Part shown: one piece after another, positions 49,137-60,070 of the stretch | Numbering within the stretch: the first letter of the stretch is position 1 | Layout of the letters: each line of letters begins with the position of its first letter | IMG/VR virus record: IMGVR_UViG_3300019742_000002 | Coordinates: 1 to 64,000 of that record | DNA: 64,000 bases | Strand: one strand, 5' to 3' | Origin: a virus | The notes under the pieces: model-generated | The model's input: only the letters and a program-made list of their open reading frames with translations | Told to the model about the DNA's origin: nothing | Databases searched by the model: none | Made by a program: the position numbers and the translations under genes

Positions 49137-49765
49137 TCATTTTTTATCTTCTTTATCACAATGTATTTCTAATATGGTGTCTTTTACACAAGTTACAATA
49201 TCATATAATTCATTTATAGTTGATTTTTTAGCATCATACATAAAAATCAAGGTAAATGGAAATATTATTAGTGTAGATACCATCACTAGGAAGGCTTTTG
49301 CTGATGTAGGTAAATTAAATCCTCCACTTACAAAACTCATCATCAAATATAATAAGGTTGTCAATAATAACCAAATTATAACATTTAAAACCAATCTCTT
49401 TTTTATCATTTTATTCTCCTCTAATATTGAAAATCACAGTTAATATCATATAGATAATCATTAAAATCCACTTTATACATACAATTCTCAGCTAGATACT
49501 CCAACATATCTTTAAATTTAGGGTCAATTATATAGGAGTCCTTGGTATCATATCTTTGAGATACAATAGCTATATTAGTTTCATTATATGATATAACTGC
49601 TACAAAATCGTGACCTTCACCAAAATCAAAATTCTTTATATCGTTTTCTAATTCAGCTAATAATTCTTCTCTTGTGAATATATAGTCTTCATACATTAAA
49701 CCTCTGATTGTATCATTTCTACCTTGAAGATGGTAAAAGGCTTTTTCTTTTATTTCGAGTTTCAT
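49137..49765 (-). other. Two small ORFs (49137-49409 two-TM membrane protein; 49421-49765)
   Basis: Hydrophobic helices; RBS. Confidence 0.6.
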
Positions 49766-49977
49766 TTATTAGTCCTTATATTATCTACTAAGATATTTTA
49801 TTATGGATTTTTCACATTCTAACTCATCTTGTATAATTTTTAGTGTTTCTTTTGCTTGTATTTCCAATTCTAATAATTTTAGAATTCTTTTCTCTTTACT
49901 TGTGATTACATCTTTAATTTTATCAGTCATAATTTAATCCTTTTAATTTATTATATACTAACTAACTTAAATTCTAC

Positions 49978-51087
49978 CTAAAACTCCCACAAAATCTCAT
50001 CAAATTCATCATAACATGGCACAGTAAAACTTCTCATCATACCAAGATATACATTATCATGGATAAATTTACCTTTTCTTTCACTTGCTCTTTGTTTAAT
50101 AATTTCCAAAGATGTACAAAATATGATGGACTTTTTGTGATAGTCTTTAGGGATAGAGTGAAGCCATTTTCGTCTTGATTTAATACTAAGATTTGTCATA
50201 TCAATAATAATATTTTCTCTATCTTTAACAGCCTTTTGGAACTTCTTTTGGACTAATTTATCAATCTCTTTGTGTAGGTCATTTTCGGTTAGATATTTCC
50301 AAGCTTGATTATAGTTCATATTATCGTCTATTTTAGAAATATAATCCATCATAGTATTATCTCTACTAATTACAACCTCATCTTTAATATTGTTTTTTAT
50401 GTATGTAGATTTACCTGATGAGGGTAATCCTGTCAATAAAGTTATATTTTTACTTTTATTAATAATAGGTTCATTTGAGGTGTATTTTAGAAAGGTATCT
50501 TCATTAAAAATATCTTTACCTAATCTAAGAGTATCCTCTTTTTTTGAAAATTCATCACCAAATCTTCCTAAAGAATCATATTTAACTTGATTTACAAGTG
50601 TGTAGTAATCCTCTATATCTCTGAATTTAGAAACTAACTTTTCTGGTTTATATTCCATTCCATCTTTAATATGATTAAAAAGAGTTCCGTGTAATGAAAT
50701 AGCATTAAGAATTTCTGACTTTTCTTCATCACTTAATTCAATTTCTTTTTGAAGATTATTAAGAATTTCTATAGCTAACCAAAAGGAGATTCCTTCGTGT
50801 CCTTTAAAAAATGTGCGTTGTTTCTCATTATCAATTTCTAAAGATTTTGGTTTTCCTATATCGTGGAGTAAAGCCACAATTTTGTTAATTTTAGTAGCAT
50901 TATATAGTTCAGCTACTTTACAAACCATCATTAAATGTGTCCATATTTGTCCTTCTATATGATATGGGTTAATACTATCTTTGTAATGATGGGTACAACT
51001 TTCCATATCTTTTGTTAGCTTGGGTTGAGTTACTTGAAACCATTTTATTAGTTCGTTCATAGTTGGGTTTTGTTTATTTTTGAACAT
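49978..51087 (-). CDS. HD-domain phosphohydrolase fused to a P-loop (polynucleotide kinase-like) domain
   Basis: YHIEG.IWTH..LLHDIGK..F.GHE; GLPSSGKST, ISRD, IIDMTNL..SRR.W. Confidence 0.88.
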   Translation of the reverse strand: MFKNKQNPTMNELIKWFQVTQPKLTKDMESCTHHYKDSINPYHIEGQIWTHLMMVCKVAELYNATKINKIVALLHDIGKPKSLEIDNEKQRTFFKGHEGISFWLAIEILNNLQKEIELSDEEKSEILNAISLHGTLFNHIKDGMEYKPEKLVSKFRDIEDYYTLVNQVKYDSLGRFGDEFSKKEDTLRLGKDIFNEDTFLKYTSNEPIINKSKNITLLTGLPSSGKSTYIKNNIKDEVVISRDNTMMDYISKIDDNMNYNQAWKYLTENDLHKEIDKLVQKKFQKAVKDRENIIIDMTNLSIKSRRKWLHSIPKDYHKKSIIFCTSLEIIKQRASERKGKFIHDNVYLGMMRSFTVPCYDEFDEILWEF

Positions 51088-52400
51088 TTGTTTCCTTTAC
51101 AAACCCATAAGCCATACAACCAAATCTAACATCTAAATCAATATCATCAATACCTTTAATACTCACCTTACCTGATATTGATGTCAATTTAGTTCCATTT
51201 GGTATAAAATTATATAAACTAAGAGGAATCACAACAAGTCTATTATCCCAATTACCAAATCCTAATTCATAAAGTTCTTCTTTTGAATATATAGAAAAAT
51301 CAATTCCTTTAACTTGATTAGGTATATTATTCATAGCTAATTTAAGCTCTTTTACACAAAAATCAGAACTCCAATTATATGCACAAATCTGTGCAGAAGT
51401 TCTTGATAAACTATCATTGTGTAACCTAATAATATCTTTTATGGAAACCCTTTCAATTACAATATCGTATCCACTTTTAAACTCTCTTGTGTATATTTTT
51501 TTATTAATCATCTTTATACCTTTTATTTTTATTAATTATATCAAAATCAAACTTTAATAAAGCTTAATCAAAATCTTCACAAAAACTACTTTATGAGTTT
51601 TGTCCTGTTTATATCTTTTGCTACTCTTGGTTTACATTTAATAGCAACTATAGTATTAGGGTCTATAAAATATCTCACAAGAGCTACATGGTCTAAATCA
51701 TATCTATCACATTCGTCAATAGCATCTCTAATCTCTTTTGGTGATACAGCATAATCACACCCATTTAGTATTAATATAGCAATTAGTATTATTGTTTTCA
51801 TTTATTTAGTCATTTTTTTATTTATTATATCCAAACTAAACTTCAGTATAGTTTAATTGAAAGCTATTATATCAAAGATTTCTCTTCTTTAATATATTTT
51901 ATCTCATTTTCAATATACTTTACCTCTAAATCAGTTAAAATATTTTCGTATTCTACTAATAAACCTATCAAAGATTTCTCTTTATCTACAAGTAGTTGAA
52001 GTTTTCCTCTCTTCATGGTATCATTAAAACCTTCTATTTTGCTTTTTAAAGATGTTCTCATTTTAAATCCTTTTCTTTTTAATTTATTTATTATACCCTC
52101 TTTAGACTTTAATATAACTTAAACTATAAACTATAACTATTTCACTAAAATCATCTCACCATTTTCAACATTATTATCATATATAGTAGTAAATCTATAT
52201 CCACCTATATTAACATTAAATCTACTAATCTTTTCAAAAGGTTTTATATATGATGTACTATTACCGTATTCTTTGAATTGAATATTATAACTAATAATCA
52301 AATAAAAGATTTTTGTATTGGCTAAGATATATTTAAAATCTTCTATACTTGTGTCTATGTTTAAACTTATTTGTCTTATGGCTTCATAATTAAGAGTCAT
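51074..52400 (-). other. Small early ORFs including lipoprotein 51586-51801
   Basis: MKTIILIAILILNGC lipobox; individual early promoters. Confidence 0.6.
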
Positions 52401-52409
52401 CCAACATCC

Positions 52410-53774
52410 TTATTTAATTAACTTTACAGCATTTTTAGCCTCTTCTATAGATTTTCCTGATGCTATCGTTGAAATAAATATAGCATCTTGTCGAACCTTA
52501 GTCTCGTACTCTTTAGTTTTAGTTTCCAGCATTTTAGCAAATTTAGTACCTCTATTATTTACATCGGATAAATATTTTGTGGTGTGAGTATCATCAATTT
52601 GAATTTGCATAAGATTTTCTACTACTGTATGTACCTTTTCAGCCGTTGCTTCGGTTAATCCTGATACCAATATTGATGTCTCTTCCCACATTTTTTGAAA
52701 ATCATCTACATTGGATAATAAAGAACCTATAGCTGATTCATCAGTTAAATCTGCTTTCTTAGATGGTAAATCTTGACCTAGTTTTATAATAGTTGCTTGT
52801 GTCGCTATAAAAGCTCCTTCTACTTTAACTACCCTATCATTTAATTTGGCTATATGTGATTGAATTTGAGATTTAAGTAAAGTATCTCTAATTGGTATAT
52901 CGGAGGGATTATCATAAACCTCTAATTCAACATTTAATTTATTGAGAATTTCATTAGATGCTTTTGATTGAGCTACCATATTTGATTTTGCTTCTTGTAA
53001 ACCCTCAGCTATTACTATTAATTTCTCGTGCTTATCATAGATGATACCAAACAATTCATCAATATTTACTTGTACAGATTTATGTTCTGTTTGAATATCT
53101 TTAACCGAGTTTCCTATAGAATTGATAAGAGGTATCTTATTAAAATACTTATTAATAAGTGATATTTTTGTTGGTTTATTCGTTTGTAATTCCTCAATCT
53201 TACTCTTAGCTTCCATAAAAGATTTAACTAATAATTTATTATCCCCTAGCGAATGTTCATTATTAATTTTCTTAGATACTTCGGAGGTTTCCGATATAAC
53301 CTTTTGAAATTGTTCTTTAAGTGATGAGGTGTTGTCTATGTCTATATGAACCTCTTTAGCTTCTTGAATTAGTTCAGTTACGGGTAACATATTTTTACCT
53401 TTATTTGTCATTTCTTCTTTCAGTTGTAGTCTTTTATATTCACTTTTCCTAGCTTGTGAAATAGTTGAATAAATAGAGTCTATAGCTTTTTCTATAATTG
53501 TAGATGATACCTCTTGATATATACCACATTCCAATTTAAAACCTTCTAACCATTCTTGATTATCATTTATTGGTATAAATTTGATTTTTGTGTCATATAA
53601 ATATAATCTTCCTTCAATACCTCCGCATTCCTCTACTATATCAAAATATTCTTTTGAGGTTCTATCTTGGTAGAACTTTAGATAATATCGAGATTTGTCT
53701 GCATCAACACTCTCTATAACATCATAACTATTATTATATCTCTTTACAATCAAATTTTTATAAACTTCGTTCAT
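52410..53774 (-). CDS. TelA-like (toxic anion resistance) coiled-coil protein with an N-terminal extra domain
   Basis: FNKIPLI...KSVQ.NID.L and a long helical region; second RBS and ATG at 53390. Confidence 0.55.
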   Translation of the reverse strand: MNEVYKNLIVKRYNNSYDVIESVDADKSRYYLKFYQDRTSKEYFDIVEECGGIEGRLYLYDTKIKFIPINDNQEWLEGFKLECGIYQEVSSTIIEKAIDSIYSTISQARKSEYKRLQLKEEMTNKGKNMLPVTELIQEAKEVHIDIDNTSSLKEQFQKVISETSEVSKKINNEHSLGDNKLLVKSFMEAKSKIEELQTNKPTKISLINKYFNKIPLINSIGNSVKDIQTEHKSVQVNIDELFGIIYDKHEKLIVIAEGLQEAKSNMVAQSKASNEILNKLNVELEVYDNPSDIPIRDTLLKSQIQSHIAKLNDRVVKVEGAFIATQATIIKLGQDLPSKKADLTDESAIGSLLSNVDDFQKMWEETSILVSGLTEATAEKVHTVVENLMQIQIDDTHTTKYLSDVNNRGTKFAKMLETKTKEYETKVRQDAIFISTIASGKSIEEAKNAVKLIK

Positions 53775-53855
53775 CTCTATTTCCTTTTATTTAAAATCTT
53801 TTATAGATTTATTAAATCTAATCATTTGTTTCGCAATCATCTTGAACAAATTTTC

Positions 53856-54709
53856 CTAAGGTATATTTTCCATTTCAATATCTTTCAAAAATTTCTTAAG
53901 ATTAGATGTATAAAATCTATGAGTTCCTGAAATATATTCAGAGATTATACTTATTTTGTCTATCCACTTTTTTTGAATATCTACTATAAAAGTAGCATCT
54001 AATCCCAGAGGTTTGTAATATATCTCGTAAACCTCTTTATTTGATTTTATTATCGTTGTCATATTTTTCCTTTAGTATATCTATTAATTCTACAAAATTT
54101 ATCAAAATTAGATTAGGATTTTCTTTCATTTCTAAATTTAAACTTAATAAATCTATATTATTTAAGGTTTCAAATTGAGCTATATTACCTTTAACTAATG
54201 TGTCTTCATTTATTTTAGATAGTGAATGGTATAAAAATTCATTATATTTATCATAAATAGATACCAAAATCTCCTTGAAATCTTTTGTTACTAAATATTT
54301 AGTCATCCTTATCTCCTTTGAAATATTTTTTTAACCATCTTTTATCCTTTTTTTTATTTTTTAAGATATGTAATTATCTACTAACTAAGCTTATATATAA
54401 CTTAAACTATAAAAGTATTTCACTAATTACCCTACTATCAATATTATTATCTCTAAAAAAATCTATAGTAAACCTCTCTTCATCTAATATACTTTGTAAA
54501 CCCTCATCTCTTGTTTTATAAAGTTGAAATTCAAATACTGAATTAGACTTGTTATCTTGGTCTGGATTTGTATGGTAAAAATAATTTATTTGTATATCAT
54601 CCCCATCCGAGAGAATTTTAATTCCAATTACCTCTATTTCTATCACCTCACCTTTCTTAGATTCCACAAAACCTATATCACCTACATCATACTTAGTTTC
54701 TATTTTCAT
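53856..54709 (-). other. Small early ORFs (53856-54062, 54037-54306, 54407-54709 SH3-like)
   Basis: RBS and duplicated promoter cassettes. Confidence 0.6.
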
Positions 54710-54795
54710 CTTTTATCCTTTTTTATTTTTAATATTTCTAATTATATACTAACTAAGCTTAAAGTTTTATAAATAAATATAAAAAGGAGTATAAA

Positions 54796-55044
54796 ATGGC
54801 AAATACAGCTTATGAAGAATATCCTAAATCAAATTCTTGGGTAAAAGTAGATTATATAACAACAGGGTTTCAGGCTAAAAATCCAAGAGGTTTTGAATAT
54901 GGTATAAAAACTGTTGATTCATTACCCTTAGACACCGATGAGATTTTTACTTGTGTATATTTAGAAACTGTTACATACGCAACAGGTAATTTTCTATATG
55001 TTAGAAATAAAGAACAAAATATTAATATTACAGTGAGGGTTTAA
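54796..55044 (+). CDS. Small late structural protein
   Basis: Late promoter 54768-54775; first gene of the fibre operon. Confidence 0.6.
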   Translation: MANTAYEEYPKSNSWVKVDYITTGFQAKNPRGFEYGIKTVDSLPLDTDEIFTCVYLETVTYATGNFLYVRNKEQNINITVRV

Positions 55045-55046
55045 TT

Positions 55047-58000
55047 ATGAGTACAGATTGGGACGGAATAGGTGGAGGAGGTACGACTACTCCTGTTGTG
55101 GATAACTTAACATCCACCAGTACAACAGATGCACTTTCAGCTAATCAGGGAAGGGAACTAAAGGTTTTAGTAGATGGTATAATAACAGGTATAAGAATAA
55201 TAGATAATTGGAATGCTACTACAAATACTCCTGATATTTCCATAGTAACTCAATCAGGAGATGCCTATATAGTAAATATAGCAGGTTCTACTGATATTGG
55301 AGGAATAACCGATTGGAAAATAAATGATATTGCTTTAAAAACTGATTCGGGTTGGCTTAAAATAGACAATACAGAAGATGTCACTATACTTAAAGATGCT
55401 GATATTGGCGTAAATGTACAAGCTTATGATGTAGATATAGTTTCGGATTCAAATTATATACACACTGATAATAACTATACTACAACCGAAAAAACCAAAT
55501 TAAGTAATATAGAAGAAAATGCCAAAGATGACCAAAATGCAAGTGAAATTCCTACTACTAATATAATAGGTACTCCTACAATAGCAAATGATGTCAAACA
55601 ACAATTAGACTATGTTAATACAAGTGGTATTATTGAAGGTTGTGACTTAACCGATAATGGAGATGGTACAATTTCTACCTCTGATGGACATGCTTTTCTT
55701 AGACCTACTAGTGGAGATGATTTATCTCCTTTAATATTAGTCCAAGGTACAGGTACAACTAATATCACTTTAATTGATGGTGAAACAAATTATGTCTATT
55801 TAGACTATAATGGCGGAAGTCCTATTTGTAAATCAACTACAATTCAAAGTGATATAGATTGTCAATCAAAATGTTTAGCTTATATTATTTATAGAAATGG
55901 TACTAAACTTCATGTAATAGATGATAGACAACATGGATTAGATGCTAGTAGGAAATCAAGAAAAGTTATGAGAAGTCTATCAAGATTTATTCATCAAGGT
56001 GATGGTTCTATTTTAGGAGAAGTTGGTAATCTCGGATTGAGTTTAACATCAGGTAGTTTTTTCTATACAGTCACAGAAATACCTCATCCTGCTTTTGATA
56101 CAAGTATAGTTGGTACAGCTAATGAAAATACTTTTGTACTTCATTATAGAGATGGATTAGGTGGATTCATTGATGTAGAAGGTGTTAAAGTAATAGATTC
56201 AACTGTTTATGATAATGGATCGGGGATTCCTACAAGTATCTCAAATAATAAATATGGTGTATCATGGGTATATATATTGAATGATACTCCTAGTGAACTT
56301 CATGTTGTGATGGGTCAAGATGAGTATGGAAGTCAATCAGAAGCTGAAAATGCTTCGTTACCAAGTACATTACCTAATATATTGGTTGGATTAGGTGCTT
56401 TAGTTGGATTTGTAGTTTATCAAGAGGGTAGTATTAATTTTGATAATATATTAAGTGCTTTAGGTAGAACTTTTAGCTCATCTTCTCCGACTGAACATGA
56501 CGGATTAAGTGGATTAAATGTAGGTGATTATCAACATTTAACAGTTGATGAAAAAACTTATATAACTTCTAATATAGAAGATTTGTTACAAATTAATTTA
56601 GATACTAATGAACCAACAGGTTTTATTAGAGAACAAAAACAAACTTTAGGAGTAATAGAATTTAGTCCAGACGGAACTAAAATAATATCCAAAAAAGGAG
56701 ACGAAACCATTTCTATCAGAACAGATGGATTATTTTATGACGGTTCTATAGCTACAGCTAGAGAATTTGCTATTAGTCCTTTATCTGTTGTAGATGGTGG
56801 AGACGATACATTTTCTATCTACATTGAAGGTATAAAATACATTAAAACAAGTACTGAAAAAATTACCTTATTAGATACTAGTGGATTAAAATTTGTATAC
56901 TTTGATAGAGTAACAAAAACACTTTCTGTTGGTTCTACATTTAGTTTTGATTATTTTGAAGATTCTCCTATTGTTTCTACATTTTATTGGAATACTAATA
57001 CACAAAAATTAGTAAATTTTGGAGATGAAAGACATGGTATAACCATGGACGGATTTACTCATAGATACCTACATTTTACCCAAGGTACTAAATACATATC
57101 AGGAATGGAGATTCAAGGAATGTCAAACGGTTCTCCTACATTTACACAAGTTACATCAGGGTTAGCTTATGATGAGGATGTAGATATGTATCCTTTACAA
57201 CAATCAACTCTACCATTTCTTCATAGAGCTGGTACAAGTTGGACTGTTGAAACTGATAATAACAGTATCGCATATTTGGTTGGTGGAGTTACACAATTTA
57301 ACTGTGATACAAATTATGTAAATTATGGTGTATCAGGTGTTGATTATATTCCATCAAACTCTTATGAATTAAGAGATGTTACTGGTAATGATAGAATGAT
57401 TATGTTCTTTATACTAACTAATAATATTGAATTCCCTTATGTTAAAATATTGGGTCAAAAAACTTATGCTAGTTCTACAACTGCTAGAGCTGATGTTGAG
57501 AAAGCAATTGAAGAGCTGAAACTAGATGGACTTCCTACACCAGAATTTATGCCAATTGGAGCTGTGATAGTAGATAGTTCAGGAAATCTTGATGATATTA
57601 CTTCTGATGAGATATTTGTAGATTTAAGAAAATATATAGCAGGTGGAGTTGGTTCTATATCAGGAGTTGCTAGTATTCATAATGATACAACTGGCAGAGA
57701 TTCGGCAGACGCTCATCCTATAAGTGCTATTACAAATTTACAAACAGAATTAGACAGTAAGGCTAATATAGTAGGTGGTAACAATTTTACTGGGGCAAAT
57801 AAGGTTATCCCAGTTGCTACCAATACAATGGCATTAGACTTTGCTATTAACACAAACTTTAGAGTAGATACACTTACTGCTACAACAATTACAGCTTTAA
57901 ATGTAACTGGAGCAAATGGTTTAAGTGGCAGGATAGAAATAGGAAGTATGGCAACACCAGCTGATACTATTACTGGATGGAGTACAGAATACAATACTGG

Positions 58001-58091
58001 TGGATTAGGTACTCTGTCATCTACAGGTTTTACGGTTATCGCTTATGTTGTACGAGATGGTATGATTTATCTATACCAAGTAGGTGTATGA
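55047..58091 (+). CDS. Tail fibre / virion appendage protein
   Basis: VVDNLTSTSTTDALSANQGRELK, WNATTNTP, HTDNNYTTTEKTKL, HPISAITNLQTELDSK fibre modules; Gly/Thr/Ser rich. Confidence 0.75.
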   Translation: MSTDWDGIGGGGTTTPVVDNLTSTSTTDALSANQGRELKVLVDGIITGIRIIDNWNATTNTPDISIVTQSGDAYIVNIAGSTDIGGITDWKINDIALKTDSGWLKIDNTEDVTILKDADIGVNVQAYDVDIVSDSNYIHTDNNYTTTEKTKLSNIEENAKDDQNASEIPTTNIIGTPTIANDVKQQLDYVNTSGIIEGCDLTDNGDGTISTSDGHAFLRPTSGDDLSPLILVQGTGTTNITLIDGETNYVYLDYNGGSPICKSTTIQSDIDCQSKCLAYIIYRNGTKLHVIDDRQHGLDASRKSRKVMRSLSRFIHQGDGSILGEVGNLGLSLTSGSFFYTVTEIPHPAFDTSIVGTANENTFVLHYRDGLGGFIDVEGVKVIDSTVYDNGSGIPTSISNNKYGVSWVYILNDTPSELHVVMGQDEYGSQSEAENASLPSTLPNILVGLGALVGFVVYQEGSINFDNILSALGRTFSSSSPTEHDGLSGLNVGDYQHLTVDEKTYITSNIEDLLQINLDTNEPTGFIREQKQTLGVIEFSPDGTKIISKKGDETISIRTDGLFYDGSIATAREFAISPLSVVDGGDDTFSIYIEGIKYIKTSTEKITLLDTSGLKFVYFDRVTKTLSVGSTFSFDYFEDSPIVSTFYWNTNTQKLVNFGDERHGITMDGFTHRYLHFTQGTKYISGMEIQGMSNGSPTFTQVTSGLAYDEDVDMYPLQQSTLPFLHRAGTSWTVETDNNSIAYLVGGVTQFNCDTNYVNYGVSGVDYIPSNSYELRDVTGNDRMIMFFILTNNIEFPYVKILGQKTYASSTTARADVEKAIEELKLDGLPTPEFMPIGAVIVDSSGNLDDITSDEIFVDLRKYIAGGVGSISGVASIHNDTTGRDSADAHPISAITNLQTELDSKANIVGGNNFTGANKVIPVATNTMALDFAINTNFRVDTLTATTITALNVTGANGLSGRIEIGSMATPADTITGWSTEYNTGGLGTLSSTGFTVIAYVVRDGMIYLYQVGV

Positions 58092-58678
58092 TGTTTGGAT
58101 ATTTATTAGGTGCTACTAATACTCAAAGTGAGATAATACCATACGCTAGATACTTATTGAAAAATGATGCAAATGACAGTATAGGGGATAAAGATGGGGC
58201 AATTGTAGGAGGTAACATAACTTTTGATGGTACACAGGCTACTTTTGATGGCAATTCGATAATTCAAACTCAATTAGCTCTAAATATTTATACATACTCT
58301 TTTAATTTTAAATTTACACTATTCTCAACATCTGGGTACACCTTTTTGACAGACTCAACAACCAGAGTAGTAATAGCTGTATATGAGAATAACCTTTTAT
58401 TATTCAATAATGGATTTATCACAATTGATACAAATGTAATAGACATTAATACTGAGTATAATATCGTAGCTGTATTTGATGGTGATCAATCTACTATCAA
58501 TTTGAATGGGACTACTTATATTAACACCATAATACCAACGCAACTTGCGTCTTTTTTTTTAATGGGTGGGGAAAAGAGCAACACTGCTGGTCTTGCTCTG
58601 GATGGAACTATGCGTAACTTTAATGTCTATGACAGAGCTTTAACTGAAAGTGAAATAAACATATTAGCAAATCAATAA
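58088..58678 (+). CDS. LamG/concanavalin A-like lectin domain protein (true start 58088)
   Basis: DANDSIG..G...FDG, IVAVFDG, G.MRNFNVYDRALTESEI. Confidence 0.8.
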   Translation: MMFGYLLGATNTQSEIIPYARYLLKNDANDSIGDKDGAIVGGNITFDGTQATFDGNSIIQTQLALNIYTYSFNFKFTLFSTSGYTFLTDSTTRVVIAVYENNLLLFNNGFITIDTNVIDINTEYNIVAVFDGDQSTINLNGTTYINTIIPTQLASFFLMGGEKSNTAGLALDGTMRNFNVYDRALTESEINILANQ

Positions 58679-58689
58679 AAGGAAAATAA

Positions 58690-59247
58690 ATGCAAGTATA
58701 TATATTAAGTACAAAGAAAATAGAGGATATTAAGATACATAAAAATATGTATTTAAATAAATTGAATGATGTAGAACTTAGAGATTTAGGAGTTCTTAGA
58801 GTAGTTATAGACCCTATCTGTAATACTAATTTTTATGATATTGAGCAGGTTGGAGTACAAGATGGTAATATTTGGAGAGTTGGTTGTGTATCTACCCCTA
58901 AAAGCATTGAAGATATTAAGATATATCTTAATGATATAGTTAATAGGGTTGCAAGAGATAAGATTAACGCAATCACTTCAAAATATACTCCAGCAGAGAT
59001 GGCAGTTTGGTACACGCTAGAAGCTGAAGCTCTGAATGATGATAGTACAGGAATACTAGGAGCTGAGGCACTTATAGCAGGTATCCCATTTGAAGATTAT
59101 AGAGATAATATTTTAGCTAAAGCAACAAGTTTTAAGGATTTCAAGACTCAGGTCTGTGGTACTAGAGCTAAGTTATCTCTACAGATAGAGGCACTCTCTA
59201 CACTAGAGGAGTGTATTGAGTTTGAGGTTACTGCTAAGAGTTGGTAA
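58690..59247 (+). CDS. Tail fibre-associated/assembly protein
   Basis: Y.PAE..W..EAEA...IL.KA..F...G.R pattern; follows the fibre genes. Confidence 0.55.
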   Translation: MQVYILSTKKIEDIKIHKNMYLNKLNDVELRDLGVLRVVIDPICNTNFYDIEQVGVQDGNIWRVGCVSTPKSIEDIKIYLNDIVNRVARDKINAITSKYTPAEMAVWYTLEAEALNDDSTGILGAEALIAGIPFEDYRDNILAKATSFKDFKTQVCGTRAKLSLQIEALSTLEECIEFEVTAKSW

Positions 59248-59249
59248 TT

Positions 59250-59463
59250 GATAAGTGTAGTTCTTGTTTTTGGTGGTTTGATAGAATTTTATGGTTAGAT
59301 TGATGTAAATGTTGTAAAGAGCATGATAGGACACTACTCAAACAAACACATAACTAGGTACAAAGCTGATGTTTTGTTGTTCAAGTAATGTTTGTAGAGT
59401 TAGACTAGGTTGGATTGTATATTCTAAGTTTAAGAGTGTACAATTCCTAAAAATAAAAGATTA
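59250..59463 (+). pseudogene. Decayed phospholipase A2/DUF1353-like phage gene
   Basis: Fragments C..WWFD...*CKCCKEHD / Y....TRYKADVLLF / VRLGWIVY in shifting frames with stops. Confidence 0.55.
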
Positions 59464-59489
59464 AAATATACCAAAGCTAATTAATAAAT

Positions 59490-59957
59490 CTATATATAAC
59501 TCTCAATAGTAAAATTATCATAAACTAATCCAATGTCTAGGGTGATTATTTCATCCTCTGATATTGAGTTAAATTCTAAATCACCTATAGATTCTATTCT
59601 AGCTGAATGATATGTAACTTTTAAAATATTATGCCCATTATCATCTTGTAAAACTATCCAAGCTTGACCTTCTAAATCAGAACCTAATCCCTTATCTTGC
59701 TCTCTCATTACAAAAATAGTGCTCATTATACTTTGCCAAGTTTCTAATTTCTCATCAACTATTATATTTACATTCAAAGCATTAAAAACCAAAGTATCAC
59801 CCGTTAAAAAACCCTCAACAGAACTTTTACTAGTTTTAATATGACTAAAAGCAACACCCGGTAAATTTACTTGTTGAATGTTATAAAGTACATTATCTGT
59901 AAATAGAGTTGTTCCAAAATAATAATTAGAATTATGAGTAAAGTTTTTGTTTGACAT
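59490..59957 (-). CDS. gp3: Tail completion/tube terminator protein gp3
   Basis: IQQVNLPG...GDTL.F..L.V.IIVDEKLETW; late promoter 59975. Confidence 0.8.
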   Translation of the reverse strand: MSNKNFTHNSNYYFGTTLFTDNVLYNIQQVNLPGVAFSHIKTSKSSVEGFLTGDTLVFNALNVNIIVDEKLETWQSIMSTIFVMREQDKGLGSDLEGQAWIVLQDDNGHNILKVTYHSARIESIGDLEFNSISEDEIITLDIGLVYDNFTIESYI

Positions 59958-60070
59958 AAATACCTCTTTGATAATATTTATAAATAGTTATATAATACCA
60001 AAATAAACTTAAAATAACCTTAATTTTAAATAAAATTACACTATAATTAATAAAACATAAAGGAGAATGA

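Noticed and set aside
57977-58087. Upstream extension of the LamG ORF
   Set aside because: Overlaps the fibre gene end in another frame; the ATG at 58088 couples to the fibre stop codon
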